DNA of 64,000 bases from the human T2T-CHM13v2.0 reference genome, Homo sapiens (GCF_009914755.1 NC_060931.1); one strand, 5' to 3'. Positions 1-15,100 are shown, counted from the stretch's first letter. The notes: generated from the sequence alone by a model not told the origin. Numbers and translations are program-made.

Positions 1-2750
1 CATGTATTTATTTCTAGTATATAGGAATGCAATTGATTTTTTATGTTTATATTGTATCCCATAATGCTGCTGAACTTACTTACTTGTTCTAGGGGATATG
101 TTTTGTAGATTCTTTGGGATTTTCTGCATAGACAATAATGTCATCTGAAAATAGGGATGGTTTCATTTATTCCTTTCTGATTTGTGTGCTTTTTATTTCC
201 CTTTCTTACCTTATTGCACTGGCTAGAACTTCCAGCACTATGTTGAATAAGATGGGTAAGAGCAGGCTGGGTGCAGTGCCTCAAACCTGTAATCCCACTC
301 CTTTGGGAGGCTGAGGCAGGAGGACTGCCTGAGGCCAGAAGATTGAGACCAATGTAGGCAACATAGTGAGACCCATCTCTACAAACATTTTTTCAAAAGT
401 TAGCCAGGTGTGGTGGTGTGCACCTGTAGTCCCAGCTACTAAGGAGGCTGATGCAAGAGGATTGCTGAAGTCCAGGATTTTGAGGCTACAGTGACCTATG
501 ATTGTGCCACGGCACTCCAGACTGGGTGACAGAGTGTCTCGAAAAGAAAAAAAAAAAAGACTGGTGAGAGCAAACATCCTTGTCTTGTTCTCAATTTTAG
601 GTAGAAATCATTCAGTCTTTTATTATTATGTATTAATATAATGTTAGATCTAGGTAATTTATAGATGCTCTTAATCAAATTGTTGAAATTCCCCTCTATT
701 CCTATTTTTCTGAGAACTTTTATCATGCATCGGTGTTGAATTATGCCAGATGCTTTTTCTGCACCAGTTGATATGATCATATAGCCTTTCTTCTTTAGCC
801 TGTTAAAAAAAAGTGGCATATTTTGATTGATTTTCAAGTATTGAACCAGCATTGCATCTCTGGAATAAACCCCACTTGGTTATGATGTATAATTGTTTTT
901 ATGTACTCCTGAATTGTTTGCTTATATATTGATAACGATTTTTGCATCTATAGAGATATTGATCCGTTGGCTTATTTTTGTTTACTTGTGTTTATATTGT
1001 CTCTGATTTTGGTATCAGAACAATGCAAGTTTCATTAAATGAATTGTTGGGGGTTACCATATACCCTTCCCTGTCTCTGGTAATTTTCTTTGCTCTACAG
1101 TTTACTTTATCTGATATTAATATAGCCACTTGTTTTTTCCTTTGGTTAATGTTTGCATTGTATATCTTTTTCCATCATTTTTACTTCCAAATTGCCTATA
1201 TTGTTATAGTTGAAGTAAGTTTCTTGTGGACAGCATAAATTTGGGTAATGATTTTTAGTCCACTCTGCCAATGTCTGTCTTTTACCTTGTGTATTTAAAC
1301 CATTTATATTTAATGTAATCATTAATATATTAGGGTTTAAGCCTGCCATTTCATGTTTTATGTTCTGTTTGTTCTGTTTTTAATTTCTCTCTTTTCTTAT
1401 CCCTGCCTTCCTGTGGGTTACTTGAACATTGTTTTGGAATTTGATTTTGATTTATTTTTGTGTTTTTGAGTATATCTCTTTGTATACTTTTTTAGTGGTT
1501 CTAGGTACTATATATGTATAATTTTTCAGTCTACTGGTATCATCGTTTTACCAGTTCAAATAAAATGCAGAAAACTTATTTCCCTTAGCTCTCCCCATTT
1601 ATAATCATTTAAAATATTACCTCTACATATATTTAGAACCATTAGTGTTATAATTTCTGCTTCAACAAACATTTAAAGAAACTCAAGAGAAGTAAAGTGT
1701 ATTGTATTTACCCATATTTTTGCTCACAGTGATCATTTTTTCCTTTCTGATGTTCCAGTGTTCCTATATTTATTATTTTCTCTCTGTTTAGAGAACTCCC
1801 TTCAGCCATTCTTTTTAGGGAAAGTTTCTGGCAACAAATTTTATTAGTTTTCCCTCATCTGAGAATGTCTTGATTTCTCCATTCTCAAAGGCTGTTTTCA
1901 CTGGATTCTGAGTTGATGGTTCTTTTCTTTCAGCACTTGAAAAATGTGCCCTTTCCTTTGGACTACCATGGTTTGTGATGAGAAATCTGGTGTCATTCGA
2001 ATAGCTTTTTCCCTATAGATAAGGTGTCATTTCTTGCTGTTCTTAAGAATTTTTCTGTCTTTAGTTTTCAGAAGTTTAACTATGATGTGACTTGGTGTGA
2101 ATTTCTTCATGTTAGGGGTTCACTCCACTTCCTGAATCTGTAGGTTTATGTCTTTTGCCAAACTTGAGAGACATTTTAGTCATTTATTTGGGTACTTTCT
2201 CAGCCTGCTCTTTCTCGTCTGCTGAGGCTCCCATGATACAAGCATTAGATCTTCTAGTATAGTCCCACAAGTCCCTGAGGCTCTCATAGTTTTATTTTCC
2301 CTCAAGTATATTTTATGTCTATTGTTCAAATTGGATAATTTCTGTTGTTCTATCTTTCCAGTTCCCTGATTCTTCCCTCTGCCCCCACCATTTTGTTGTT
2401 GAGCCCATCTGTTGAGTCTGTAGTTTCAGTTATTATATTTTTTCAGTTCTAAAATTTCCATTTGGTTCTTCTTTATGTCTTCTATTTCTTTGCCAAGACT
2501 TTCTATATTTTCATTTGTTTCAAGCATGTTCCTCATTGCTCACTAAAATATTTTTATGATGGCTGCTTTAAAATCTTTGTCAGATAATTCTAATGTTATC
2601 TTAGTTTTGGCATCTATGGATTGTCTTTTTCCATTTAATTTGAGATCTTTCTGGTTCTTGGAATGAGTGATTTTTCAATTGAAACCTGGGCATTTTGGAG
2701 ATTGTTAAGAGATTCTACATCTTATTTAAATTTACTATTTTAGCTGGCTT
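1..2750 (-). mobile_element. Old L1M fragments (ORF2 RT and endonuclease remnants, 5' region), interrupted by an Alu
   Basis: Minus-strand ORFs resemble L1 ORF2: YMIISTGAEKA..IQH, RTRQGCLLSP, ILMITLNINGLN. Confidence 0.8.
265..558 (+). mobile_element. Alu (AluJ-like)
   Basis: ggctgggtgcagtg...poly-A; degenerate TSD aagatgggtaagagca / aagactggtgagagca. Confidence 0.9.
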
Positions 2751-3745
2751 ACTCTGAAACCACTTCAGTAAGAGAAAGTGAGGGGCACTTCTTCAATACT
2801 GCCAGGTGGGGGTAGAAGTTCAGGTTTCCCACTCAGTTTCTCTTGTCACCAAAGTGGGCGGGGTGGGTGGAATGCACCTTGTTACTGAGGAGTAACAGTA
2901 GGGGTGGGAGGGCTGGGAGTTTCAATTGCCCATTAGTTCTCTAATGATACCTTCTTGGCTGGGAGTGGGAATGCTTTGTTACTGCTTCCCATGTGACCTC
3001 CACCAACACCACAAAAAGAGTGGCTTAGTTACCACTGAGAGGTAGTGAAAGTCCTGACTCTTTACTTGGACTTTGATCCCAACCCAGCAGGAAGGGCCAG
3101 GGGCACTATTACTGCCAGATGGGGGTGTAAGTCCAGGCTCCCCACATGGTTTCCACCAACACCTTGAGGGAAGGAGTCTTGTTATTGCCAGGAGGCTCCC
3201 TACTTAGCTTTTTCTGACCCTACCTGGTGGTGGTGAGGTTAGGGTTCCTCATTACAGCCTGGCAAATGTGGAAGTCTAGGCTCTCCTCTTGACCTTTGCT
3301 GGCATGAGTGGAGACTGGCATCCACAATTTTTTCTGTGGTATAACTGGGATAGACTGATTATTCTCTAAAATCTTTGTCATACTAGGCTGTCCTTTTCTT
3401 GGTTCTTTGACGAGAGCAGGCTTTTCTTTTGGGGTGTGCGTGTGTGTGTGTCTGTGCTCACTGGTGCTTTCAAGTTGCTGATTTCTTAAGCTGCAAGTAC
3501 GAGATGTATGAAGCAAAAGAAAATGGAGAATTCAGCATCATGTTGTACCTTGGGTCCTGAGATCCCTGAATAGTCTGTCCTTTCTCCACCTTTCAGAGTC
3601 TTCTTCTCTTTGTTTTATGTATAATGTTCAAAGATTTTTAGTTGCTCTTAACTAGAGGAATAGGGAAAATCACACCGATTCCATCTTCACAGAAGCCGGT
3701 CTCCACACATACTTATTTCATATTGTTTTAAATAGTTTCAATATC

Positions 3746-4041
3746 TTTTTTTTTTTGAGACGGAGTCTCGCTCTGTCGTCCAGGCTAGAGTGCAGTGGCA
3801 CGAACTCGGCTCACTGCAAGCTCCGCCTCCCAGGTTCACGCCATTCTCCTGCCTCAGCCTCCTGAGTAGCTGGGACTACAGCCACCCGCCATCATGCCCG
3901 GCTAATTTTTTTGGTATTTTTTTAGTAGAGACGGGGTTTCACTGTGTTAGCCAGCATGGTCTTGATCTCCTGACCTCATGATCCGCCCGCCTCAGCCTCC
4001 CAAAGTGCTGGGATTACAGGCATGAGCCACTGCGCCCGGCC
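3746..4041 (-). mobile_element. AluY-like
   Basis: Poly-T then reverse Alu; TSD atagttt(caa/cga)tatctt. Confidence 0.92.
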
Positions 4042-4687
4042 GATAGTTTCGATATCTTAAAACCTTGGGGATCTAAATGTGTTTTTTCTTAACAAATCAG
4101 TTTTTTCTGCTCTCATTCATGATGTATCATTTTCCTTTTTATCTTTTACATTTTTAAGGGAAGTCCTGAGAACCTAAATTTAAGCTTTCTCCAGAGAGGA
4201 TTTGCTTCTGCTTCTGCCGGGAGCCACTGGGGCTACCAACTGGGGACCATTTTAGTTCTCTTTAAGGGTCCTGGCTTCATACAGAATTCTCAGGTTCAGT
4301 TTTCCTGTCCTGCAGCAAGGGTGCTCCAGTGTTAGTAGTCCAATTCTAGAGCTATTATTGGCGTTTGTGCCCAAGAACATCAGGATCATTTGTTTACCAG
4401 TACTCTTTGTCCTTTCAGCTCACAGTTCATCTTTCTTCTTTTTGTGGAGGAGGAGTTGGTACACCTTGAAGATTTTCCTTATTTTCTTGCAAGTCCAGAG
4501 GTGGTTTTCAAAAACTATTTGTTATAGTTTATACAGGATCTGTCAGTATTGTGGTTAGAGGGCCAAAATCACTGGTAGAAAGGGAAACCTCTTACATATA
4601 ACATTTGCATTTTAAATATTACCTTGAATACAATTAAAAAAAAAAACACCAGTATTTCTCATGACTATCAGGCTTTTCTTTCTTCTA

Positions 4688-4981
4688 TTTTTTTTTTTTT
4701 TTAGACAGGGTCTCGCTCTGTTGCCCAGGCTGGAAACCAGTGGCACAATCATAGCTTGCTGCAGCCTCGAACTCCTAGGCTCAAGTGATCCTCCCACCTC
4801 AGCTTCCTGAGTAGCTGGGACTACAAGTACGTGCCACCATACCTAATTTTTTAACTTTTTTTGTAGAGACGGGTTTTTGCTGTGTTTCCCAGGCTGGTCT
4901 TGAGCTCCTATCCTCAAGTGATCCTCCCACCTCTGCCTCCCAGAGTGCTGGATTACAGGTGTACGCCACCGTGCCCAGCCC
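4688..4981 (-). mobile_element. AluJ-like
   Basis: Reverse Alu with J-type ctcctaggctcaagtgatcctccc. Confidence 0.88.
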
Positions 4982-5602
4982 CAGATTTTTCTTAAAAGGC
5001 AGACATGAAGGTTTTTATTGTTAGCATTTTGAATTCTTTAACTAAAGTTGTCATTTTATGTGAGAGATTATTAGAATAATATTCAATTCGTAGTATCTAC
5101 AGCAAAACTGAGCCTTGCTCACTATACTACTATAAGCCTTATAAGTGGGTTCTTGCTCACTGACAAACTTGGTTTTCTTGGGAGGAATTAAGAACAAGGA
5201 GGAAATTAGAATATGGGAGCGGATATATGGGAAATAGTGAGGTGTGACAGCTATGAAATATGGTCTAACATGTAGCCTATGATAGCCTCACTACAGAATT
5301 GCACCTGTAGCCTGAAAACTCCTTTTACATTTTTCACAAGAGAACACATTTTTATTTTATACTCCTGCAACTAGATCAGCCGCATTCCAGTTCAGAAGGC
5401 ACAGCTCACTGCATTCCACAGAGACATTAAGAGAATTTTTGATAACTAATATGCATGACTCTTGTTTCCTTCATTTATTCAGTAAATAAATTTAAGGTCA
5501 CCATTTCTCAAAAAGTCAAGTGCCTCTGCCTCCCCACACTTTTCACTTCATAGTACTGACTCTCTCACTTTAAAATCCAAGGATGGCCCTGGACAAATTT
5601 AA

Positions 5603-5965
<363 letters not shown>

Positions 5966-5981
5966 TATCCTAAGCTTATTT

Positions 5982-5984
<3 letters not shown>

Positions 5985-6041
<57 letters not shown>
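5985..6041. repeat. (CA)n microsatellite
   Basis: About 28 perfect AC units. Confidence 0.97.
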
Positions 6042-6046
<5 letters not shown>

Positions 6047-6325
6047 TCATTTAATCCTCAAAATAATCCTAAGATGTAGATGTTTTGATTATCCTCACTT
6101 TATATGTGAGGAAACTGAGACACAGAGAATAAACGAACCCAAAGTCTCACAGTGAGAAATGGTGGCACAGACAATTGATCCTTGGCTATTTGGCTCCAGA
6201 GTCTGTACAATACCACTCCACTACAGATGCTGCATGGCCAAGAGCAGACCCAGCATGTGTGATGATTTAACAACATAATGAAATGAAGTACTTTAGTAGA
6301 GACAACAGGTTAAACCACAAATACG

Positions 6326-6331
6326 TTTATT
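6326..6331 (-). terminator. GGCT: GGCT polyadenylation signal AATAAA (3'UTR about 6305-6780)
   Basis: tttatt on + strand about 450 nt past the stop codon. Confidence 0.8.
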
Positions 6332-6780
6332 CCTCTAAAAACAGTATACCATCTTTCCAATTTTCAAAATGTTATTATCAATTGTCTGCAGATTACTCTC
6401 ATTAAGCTGATTTTTAAAAATCTCAGACAGAGCAGAGCAATTCACCAGCACCATCATCAAGTGAGCTACAAATCTATCTTTTACCAGAGCAAGGAGACAC
6501 TTAAGATCAATTCAAGAGAATAGCTTTCAGTGTTCACAGAAGGGGTACTCACATTCATTTGTCACATATTTCAGGCCCTCATACACCCCTTTTAAATTGT
6601 CTAACTCCTATCCCAGTTTCTTTTTATAGTCTAAAAACAAGGAATCACCCAAGTAAGATACTCCTTCAGAGCACTGCTGAAAATGGATCAAACGTGGAGA
6701 TCCCCCAGATCCCTGTTCTCAAGTGTTAAAAATATTTTATATTAGCACATAGAATACCCTTAGATATATTCTGTTATGTT

Positions 6781-6924
6781 CTAAAGAGTTTGTGTTTCCC
6801 CCTTTTTGATGATGTCTTCAATTTCTTCTGAGACCTTTCCTGTATAGTCATTTGGTTCTATTGCTTTTAACTTCTCTTGATACTCCAGCGGCAAACCATT
6901 TTCTTTTGCACCCATGCAAATAAT
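6781..6924 (-). CDS. GGCT: GGCT coding exon 4 to stop
   Basis: ccag|ATTATTTGC acceptor; IICMGAKENGLPLEYQEKLKAIEPNDYTGKVSEEIEDIIKKGETQTL*; TAG at 6783-6781; total CDS 141+146+136+144=567 nt = 188 aa + stop. Confidence 0.99.
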   Translation of the reverse strand: MICMGAKENGLPLEYQEKLKAIEPNDYTGKVSEEIEDIIKKGETQTL

Positions 6925-7507
6925 CTGGAAATGGTTAAAACAAACAGACAAAAAAACCCTTTCAGTTAGGAATATAATTTAACGTACCATACCACAGCTT
7001 TATTTGCCTTCTCAAAGTATGAAGTATTAGCTTTCAGATAACTCTAGAATAAACAATTATATAAAATAGAATACCATCATTCCTCTCACACTGAGCATGA
7101 ATGTGTATGGAGTTTTCAAAGCCAAATGAAGCATCCTCATGGAATATCAACTTTCTCAATATATGATTTTAAATATTTTAATATTAAGACAAACATATCT
7201 ATATAAAATTTATATGACCTTTTAAGAAAAAAAATACCATTCTTCAAAAAAAATTTAAAGTTTACAGAGAGCAGTTTCGGTTACAATGCCAGAGGTTACC
7301 CTTGCTCTGAATTGGACATGGGGGAATAAATGGCAACTGTGTTTAGCGGTACTTTCATAATCTATACCAGGCTAATTTCTCTAGGTTTCATACTAAAAAA
7401 TTCCAAACGAGGCCTAGGAACCAGATTACCTATTACAGGTGCCATGACCTGATTGGGCCTGCCAACAGAGAGCTAAGCTTAGGTTCTGAACAGGAATTTT
7501 GGGGTCT

Positions 7508-7585
7508 CTATCCCACATTCTTGTCTTGTGCTTGCAAGGGTGATTTCCCTGATTCTGAAAGGCAGTGTGACGTTTCTTTCTCCAC
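7508..7585 (-). CDS. GGCT: GGCT alternative exon in intron 3 (coding part; exon probably 7449..7585), giving a 166-aa isoform
   Basis: Pyrimidine-rich acceptor tttttcatccctag|GTG; in frame with exon 3: VEKETSHCLSESGKSPLQAQDKNVG*; candidate donor CAG|GTCATG at 7449/7448; length agrees with my recollection of an annotated 166-aa isoform. Confidence 0.7.
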   Translation of the reverse strand: MEKETSHCLSESGKSPLQAQDKNVG

Positions 7586-7693
7586 CTAGGGATGAAAAAC
7601 ATTTCAGCAGTAGAAAGTATGTTTTTTTCCCCTATAAAAATGAATCTTGGTATTCATAAAATACTGTGTTACGGGGAGAAAAACATTACAAAA

Positions 7694-7695
<2 letters not shown>

Positions 7696-7738
<43 letters not shown>

Positions 7739-7800
7739 TATACATATATATACATATATGTATATATATATAGAAAGAGAAAGAGAGAGAGACTAAATCT
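7696..7800. repeat. (TA)n/(CA)n/(GA)n compound microsatellite in GGCT intron 3
   Basis: Seen directly. Confidence 0.92.
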
Positions 7801-8036
7801 ATTAAAATACACTCATAAATATTCTTTCCTACTTTAATACATGTCTACATCATAAAAATGAAGCAAAAATTTATTGCCAGGCAAAAGAAAGAAAGAGAGA
7901 AAGAAAAAAAGAAAGGAAGAAAATACATGTCTAGAATTCTGACTCACATATATTTCTAAACATTTTTTTAATAAATAGTTTTAAAAACATAATTCTATCA
8001 TTACACATAATATTTTTGAATCTGTACATTAGGTAA

Positions 8037-8415
<379 letters not shown>

Positions 8416-8499
8416 TAAAGTCTTTTAAAAACAATATATTCTTTAGTTTCTCTCAGTGAAATTTAAAAAGTAATCACCACCAGTCTGTAAATAGCTTAC

Positions 8500-8635
8500 C
8501 TTTTTATACTGTGGGGATGGGGGAGCACTTTCGTAATTTGTCATCAGATAACTTCGACAGGTTATTTCTTTTCCTTCTTGAGTTGCAACTTTAACTTCTA
8601 TTACAACATACATTCCACTTTTAACCCCTTCTTGC
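8500..8635 (-). CDS. GGCT: GGCT coding exon 3 (contains catalytic Glu98)
   Basis: ttcag|G acceptor, AAG|GTAAG donor; QEGVKSGMYVVIEVKVATQEGKEITCRSYLMTNYESAPPSPQYKK; 136 nt. Confidence 0.99.
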
Positions 8636-8826
8636 CTGAAACCAGAACAGCCAAATTTTAACCACATTTGACCTAGCCAATTTAGCTCACTGGGTAAGGT
8701 CTTTTTATAATAGTCAAGATGGTGTATGGGACTAAACATTTAACTACATCTGAACATACTTGCTCCCTATGTATTTGGGATAGAGAATATATAAATTTAC
8801 CACATCAAAAGTAAGCTTAGCATTTA

Positions 8827-9440
<614 letters not shown>

Positions 9441-10233
9441 TCAATTAGAAGGCCTGAGACATAATATTACTTGTTATACTCCTAACATAACTCTCTGTAT
9501 TTATCTTGTCTTTAAAGAGGCTTCAATATAGTTTGTTTTTTTTTTTCAACTTTATACTATGGAAACATTGTTCTTTGGGCTACAAAAATGGATGGTGTTC
9601 TGACAGCAAGAGAATATCCACCTAGAACAAAGGTAGAGAGGATGGCTCTTTCTCCTTCACAAGTGAGGTAAAGTATCGAGCATGTCAGATAACCCTCTCT
9701 TCTCAAGGCCTACTCTTTTCTGCAACTTTTCTTTGTATGAAATGCTCTGCCACACAACTCTGAGAGCTCTAGTCATAAAAAGTATCAAAGCATTTCTAAC
9801 ATGTCCTCAGATGCTTTTACAAAGTATTACTTATTTACTGATTCACCTGCCATCTTAAATAATTGTTCTTTAAAAACTGAATTCAAGTACTTTCAAAATC
9901 AACAAAAATATGTAACAATTACAGAAATCTTCATGCCTTTTCACAGTATGAAACTATAAAGAAAAATTATGAAAGACAATAGAATGAAAAATAAGGGCTT
10001 CCATCTTTTACATAAGAGATTACAAACATCCCCCCAAATCTTTATCAGAAAATATAGCCTTTCTAGACCTTTTAGCAAACTCACATTATCATGCCTTTTA
10101 TGTTGACTCTAAAAGTATAATGAATATGTCTGTAGTATGTGGTTTTGAAAAACTAACACACAGGTACACATCCTCACATACAATCTGCTTTCTGAATTAA
10201 TTACTGTTTAACTTATAATTAGAAGCCACCTAC

Positions 10234-10379
10234 TCATCCAGAGAATTTAAATTGCTTTTGTTCATTTTCCATACTACTCCCCACACTTCATCGCCAGGAC
10301 TCTGAAAAATGGTGGCTATCCCTCCATGCCAAGTTTGACTTGTTTTGCCTTGGGAATTGCCAAAGTCAAGCTTAAAATC
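10234..10379 (-). CDS. GGCT: GGCT coding exon 2
   Basis: tttgtag|GATTTTAAG acceptor, GA|GTAGG donor; DFKLDFGNSQGKTSQTWHGGIATIFQSPGDEVWGVVWKMNKSNLNSLD(E); 146 nt. Confidence 0.99.
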
Positions 10380-11852
10380 CTACAAAGGAAATCAAAGTGA
10401 TATGATCAATATCCACTTGAATCCAAATTTCCCTCATCAAAATAAAAAGGATTTACCTTGAACTCCATGCAATTAAAACATTCAATAAACTGAGTTCCTT
10501 CTATGCATAAGAAGCTGTGGAAAATATAAAGTTAAACAGACAGGACCCAGATCCCAAGGATTATGTTTTTTAAATATTTTTCTTTAAAAATGAAACATAC
10601 ACTGAATATGTATAGACATCTTAACAAAAACAAAAAGTTTAAGGAAAAAAAATCCCATAACCCCAATGCCTGAACACAATTGTTTTCATTTTTGCAAATT
10701 ACTTCCCAGTCTTCTTACATACACATAAATTTTTACTTAGAGACAAGCTGGGTGATGGCTACATGTGGGTTATAATATTCTCTCTCCTTTTATGTCTGTA
10801 GAGTATCCTACCAACATATATCACCAAATTTGCCCTGAGGGACCTGGCATTTGAGGATGAATGATTTGTGTACTTATGAACACTAATACTCACGAATTAT
10901 ACTAATTTATCTACAATAATCATAAGAGCACCTAACACTAACTGCAAATGGGAAGGCCATTTAAGCAGGGGACGAGCATGCCCAAAGACATGGATAAAAG
11001 AGTGTGTTTTGGGGGCCAGGTGCAGGGGCTTACGTCTGTAATCCCAACATTCTGGGAGGCCGTGGCGGGTGGATCATTTTGTACACAGTGCTATTGGCTA
11101 ATATATAATTATGAACCATTCCGTTTTATTTTGCTAACAACTTTCTTATACCCATTTTACAGCAATAAACACTGTGGGTTAGAAAGATTAAGCAATCTTC
11201 CTAAGGTCTTGGAACTAATAAGCAATGAAATTAGGTTTCTAGTTTAACTTCTTTCCTCACAGAGGTGGGCAATCAGGGGATAGAGTCCTGGGGAAGATTA
11301 AAAATCCTTACATGAAAAAACAAACTAAAAAATAAACAAAAACAAAACAAATAAAATACAGAATCCTTATGTGGCTTATTTGGTCTAGGAAGATTTCTTT
11401 CCATCTTTCCAGAGCTTAGTTTCCTTATAGATAAATTTAAAAAGTTGAACTAAACGATAATTCTAGGATCCTTTTCAGGTTTATATTTTATCCCTGTCAC
11501 TTATATTTTCTAGAAAAACTTGTCAGACATCTCAGGAATTGGGGTGGTTGGAGTGACCAGTACCTTTATTCAGCATAAGAGATGTTCTTCTAGGACCACA
11601 TGTCCCTGGCAGGACACCAGGAGATGTGATAAAAGTTACAATTCACACTAACTGGTTGTGTATTGCTAAATCCAATAAACTATTTTCATTCCTCATCTTG
11701 TTCCACTTCTCAGCGGAACATAGGTAACCACCTTCTCCTGATCTGCCTCTTTCCTGATTTTCAGGCTGTTCCTTGATCTCAATCCCCTTTGCCAACTCCT
11801 CCTCCATTACCTGATTTTTAAATGTTGGAGTTGCTCAAGGCTCAGTCTAGGC

Positions 11853-12060
11853 CATGGGTGTCCAACCCTTTGGATGCAGGAACTTTTTTGCTTACCTGTG
11901 GTGGCGGACATCACAAAAATTATGCATGGGCCTTTTTTTTGTTTTTGTTTTTGTTTTAGCTCATCAGCTATCATTAGTTTTAGTGTATTTTATGTGTGGC
12001 CCAAGACAATTTTTCTTCTTCCAGTGTGGCCCAAGGAAGCCAAAAGGTTGGACACCCATG
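11853..12060 (-). mobile_element. MER30-like hAT/Charlie non-autonomous DNA transposon inserted in an L2 remnant
   Basis: TIRs catgggtgtccaa / ttggacacccatg; 8-bp TSD gtctaggc at 11845-11852 and 12061-12068. Confidence 0.88.
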
Positions 12061-13999
12061 GTCTAGGCCATTTTCTCTATTCATTTGGCAATTTGCTCAA
12101 GACATTCTCATCCCCTCCAATGGCTTCAAATATTCTGATCATCTTTAAACCCAGACCAGATCTCTCTTCTGAGCTTCAGAAGTGCTTAGAACAGGGCCTA
12201 GCACACAGTAAGTACTTAATAAATGTTTGCTAATATTATTCTGTTCACTTGACTGTTTAGCAAGCATTTCAAATTCAAAATGTTCAAACTGAACTTAAAA
12301 TTTTCTCCTCCCAAGCCGGATTTTCCTCTTTTCTCTGCAAACATCACCTGCATCTACCTGGTGCCAAAAACCTGAGTCATCTTTGGTATTCTCTTCACAC
12401 TCAATCACTATGCTTTAACAATGTTATCTCCAAATTAGTTCTCAAATCCATCCACCCTGCCCTGCCACCACCCTAGTTCAAGATGCCATTCATTATCTTT
12501 GGCATAAATTGCTGCAAAAACTTCTTGAACTCTCCACATTCACTCTTCCCTCCTTCAAATCTATTTTCCATGTGACCAGAATGGGCTTTTGGAGATAGAA
12601 ATCTGATCTTTCATGTGCTTTAGTTCTGCAGTGTGTCTTATTTGGCTTCTGTGGTCCTGGAAGATGTGGCCCTTCCACATATCTCCAGTCTTCATGCCAC
12701 ATTCCCCTTACTAAACTCCAGCCACACTGACTGAAAGATCCAGCTTCCTCTTTCTTCAGGTCCTTTGCAGAAGATGCTGTTCCCTGTTTTGTGTGCTCCC
12801 CACCTCTACAATCATTCAGGTCTCAACTTAAAAGTCACATTTTCAGGCAGGGCTTTCCTGAGCATCCTGGTTAGGTCAGGTACCCTGGTCATACGCCCCA
12901 TTGCACTTTGCATGCCTCCTTTTTAAGATGGACCATATACCTGTAACTGAATAATCCCTTGTTTAATATCTCTTCCCCTTGCCCTGACTGTAAGCATTTG
13001 GACTCCCTTCCTACAGTTGGGAAATTCCCTACCTTACGAGTTTGGGAATAGGGAGTATCAGAGCCTGACTCCCATTTTTGAGGCTTCAAAGGCCAGAAGC
13101 TGGTTCTCTCAGTTTTGCTTAAAATCACGGCATGGGTACGTGGCCAAAACTTAGCCAATCAGGACATTCTGGGGCTTTCAATTAGAAGCTAGTGCCCAAG
13201 ACAGCAGGGACTCCAGAGAGGCTGACACATTTGGGTTTCAGGAACTGCAGGGATGTACAGAGGCAGGCAGTGTCCAGGGCAGGGGGTGGTGGACAATACA
13301 GCATCCACGTTTACCAAGTTCAGCAGTGGCGCGGAAGAGGCTCCGTGGGCTGGTTCTGTTGTGTGATGCCCACTGTATTACAGTTGCTGTGCCTCCCTTT
13401 ATGCTTGTCCGTTTTGTCAGCTTTGTACTCCTGCCTTCCTGGTCATTCTGTGAGCTCTCCAATAGCCTTTCAACACATTCTTTTTTTTTTTTTTTTTTTT
13501 TTTTGCTTAAATCAGCCAGTTTCTGTTGCTTGCAACTAAGAACTCACGATGTTAGCAGAGATCATGTTTGTCTCATTCGACGCTGTCAAAAAGGTTTTGA
13601 ACATAATCTATTGCACCTCTGTCCTACAGACTGAGAGTTCCTCGAAACAGCCACTTTACTCAATCATGTTTATACCCTTAGTGTTAAGTGCCGGAAGAAT
13701 ATGTACTAAATGAATGAATGGACTGGGCTGAAGAGCAATGATTTACCAACACTGGTTATAGTTCATGCAGCCCCTTGACCTAACTGAACACAGCATTATT
13801 ACAAATAAGACATGATCCCAGCTTTCAGGACCTCTTAGATGAGGCGCGAAAGGCAGGTAAACGGATTTTCACAATGCCAGGTGAGAAGTGCTGTAACAAA
13901 GGTTATGTACAGAACAGAAGGCAACCAATTCCCAGACACGGGTCAGAGAAGACTCTCCAGAAGTACCAACTGTATGCAATCTGTTAAGTTAGTGGACGA

Positions 14000-15100
14000 G
14001 AGGCCAAATCGGTGCAGACCGAGCAGCCGGTGCAAAGGCCAGGAGGGGGAAAGCTCCAGGCAGCCCGAGAGGGCACCGTGGCCCGGGCAGGGCCGGGCAG
14101 TGGGCGCAGCGGAGGAGGTGGACCCGCCCAGGAGGCGGAAGCCGCGTCCTAGTACCCTCATCAAGAAGAACTGCATTCCTGGCCCGATCGGCCACGTGTG
14201 CCCCCGAGGAAGCGCCTTCTGGGCATCCCGGCCCCGGCGTGGGTAGCGCGGGAGGGGGCACTCACCTGCAGGCGGGCCACACAGAAGAACGCCGCCGAGG
14301 GGTTTCGGAGGTGGATCCTCTCTGTCAGCAGGTTGCTGCCGTAGGCAAAGTACAGAAAACTCTCCTCATCTGGACCCGTGACGTCCTTGCAGCCCGAGTT
14401 GGCCATATCCCACTACGCCCCTGCACTGGAGCCTGAAGCAAAGTGTAAGGAACGGCCAGAGAGCGCAACACTGGGGCCCACTACCCCGGCGCAGTGACCG
14501 CCGCGCGGCAGCCTCAGGGTTAGGGGACTGGCGGGAAGCGTGGGCCGGTCGAGTCAGGAGCGAGCGCTCTCCTGATTGGCTGCCGGTCCCCACCGACCTG
14601 AGTCGCCCCCTTTGATTGGCCATCCCCACGGCCTTCCCTCCGCCTTCCGCCGAGACTCAGAAATAGTCTGTCCTGAAGCAATCCGGCGCTGGCTCCTCAT
14701 TGGACACGACCTACTGATGTCCCGCCCCTCCTTGCTCAAGGCTTCCTCTGATTGAGGGGTGGACAGGCACTCCTCACAGGCGGGTCGGGTCCCATGGACA
14801 CTGGCTGAAGGTCGTGGCGCGTGACTGCTTTCTTCGCTCTGGGGTGCTTGTGTGTGGTTCTTTGGTACTTTCTGTGCCTTAGGAAGTTCTGGTCAGATCT
14901 GAGGCGAAACAGCGGCCCAGGCGACTCCATCAACGGCTCCCTCATCCGGCAGCTCGCCGGGTCCTGCCTTCCTGGCCTAGAGGAGTCGGGCAGGACGGGT
15001 CCGTTCACCCTTTCTGCTGGTTCCGGCACCCCCAGCACTGGTCATCAATCTGACCCCTTTCCACGGACCCGTCGCCTGCTGGAGCGGCCCCTCTGAATGC
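14000..15100. promoter_or_regulatory. GGCT: CpG island / GGCT promoter with CCAAT boxes and GC box
   Basis: High GC and CpG density around exon 1; CCAAT on minus strand (attgg at 14575, 14615, 14699); CCCGCCCC at 14721; no obvious TATA. Confidence 0.9.
14266..14406 (-). CDS. GGCT: Gamma-glutamylcyclotransferase, coding exon 1 (aa 1-47)
   Basis: Translates MANSGCKDVTGPDEESFLYFAYGSNL...ARLQ with the YFAYGSNL GGCT-fold motif; ATG at 14406; donor CAG|GTGAG at 14266/14265; 141 nt, phase 0. Confidence 0.99.

Noticed and set aside
13839-15096. Many overlapping ORFs around GGCT exon 1
   Set aside because: Expected from stop-codon scarcity in a CpG island; only 14266-14406 is supported
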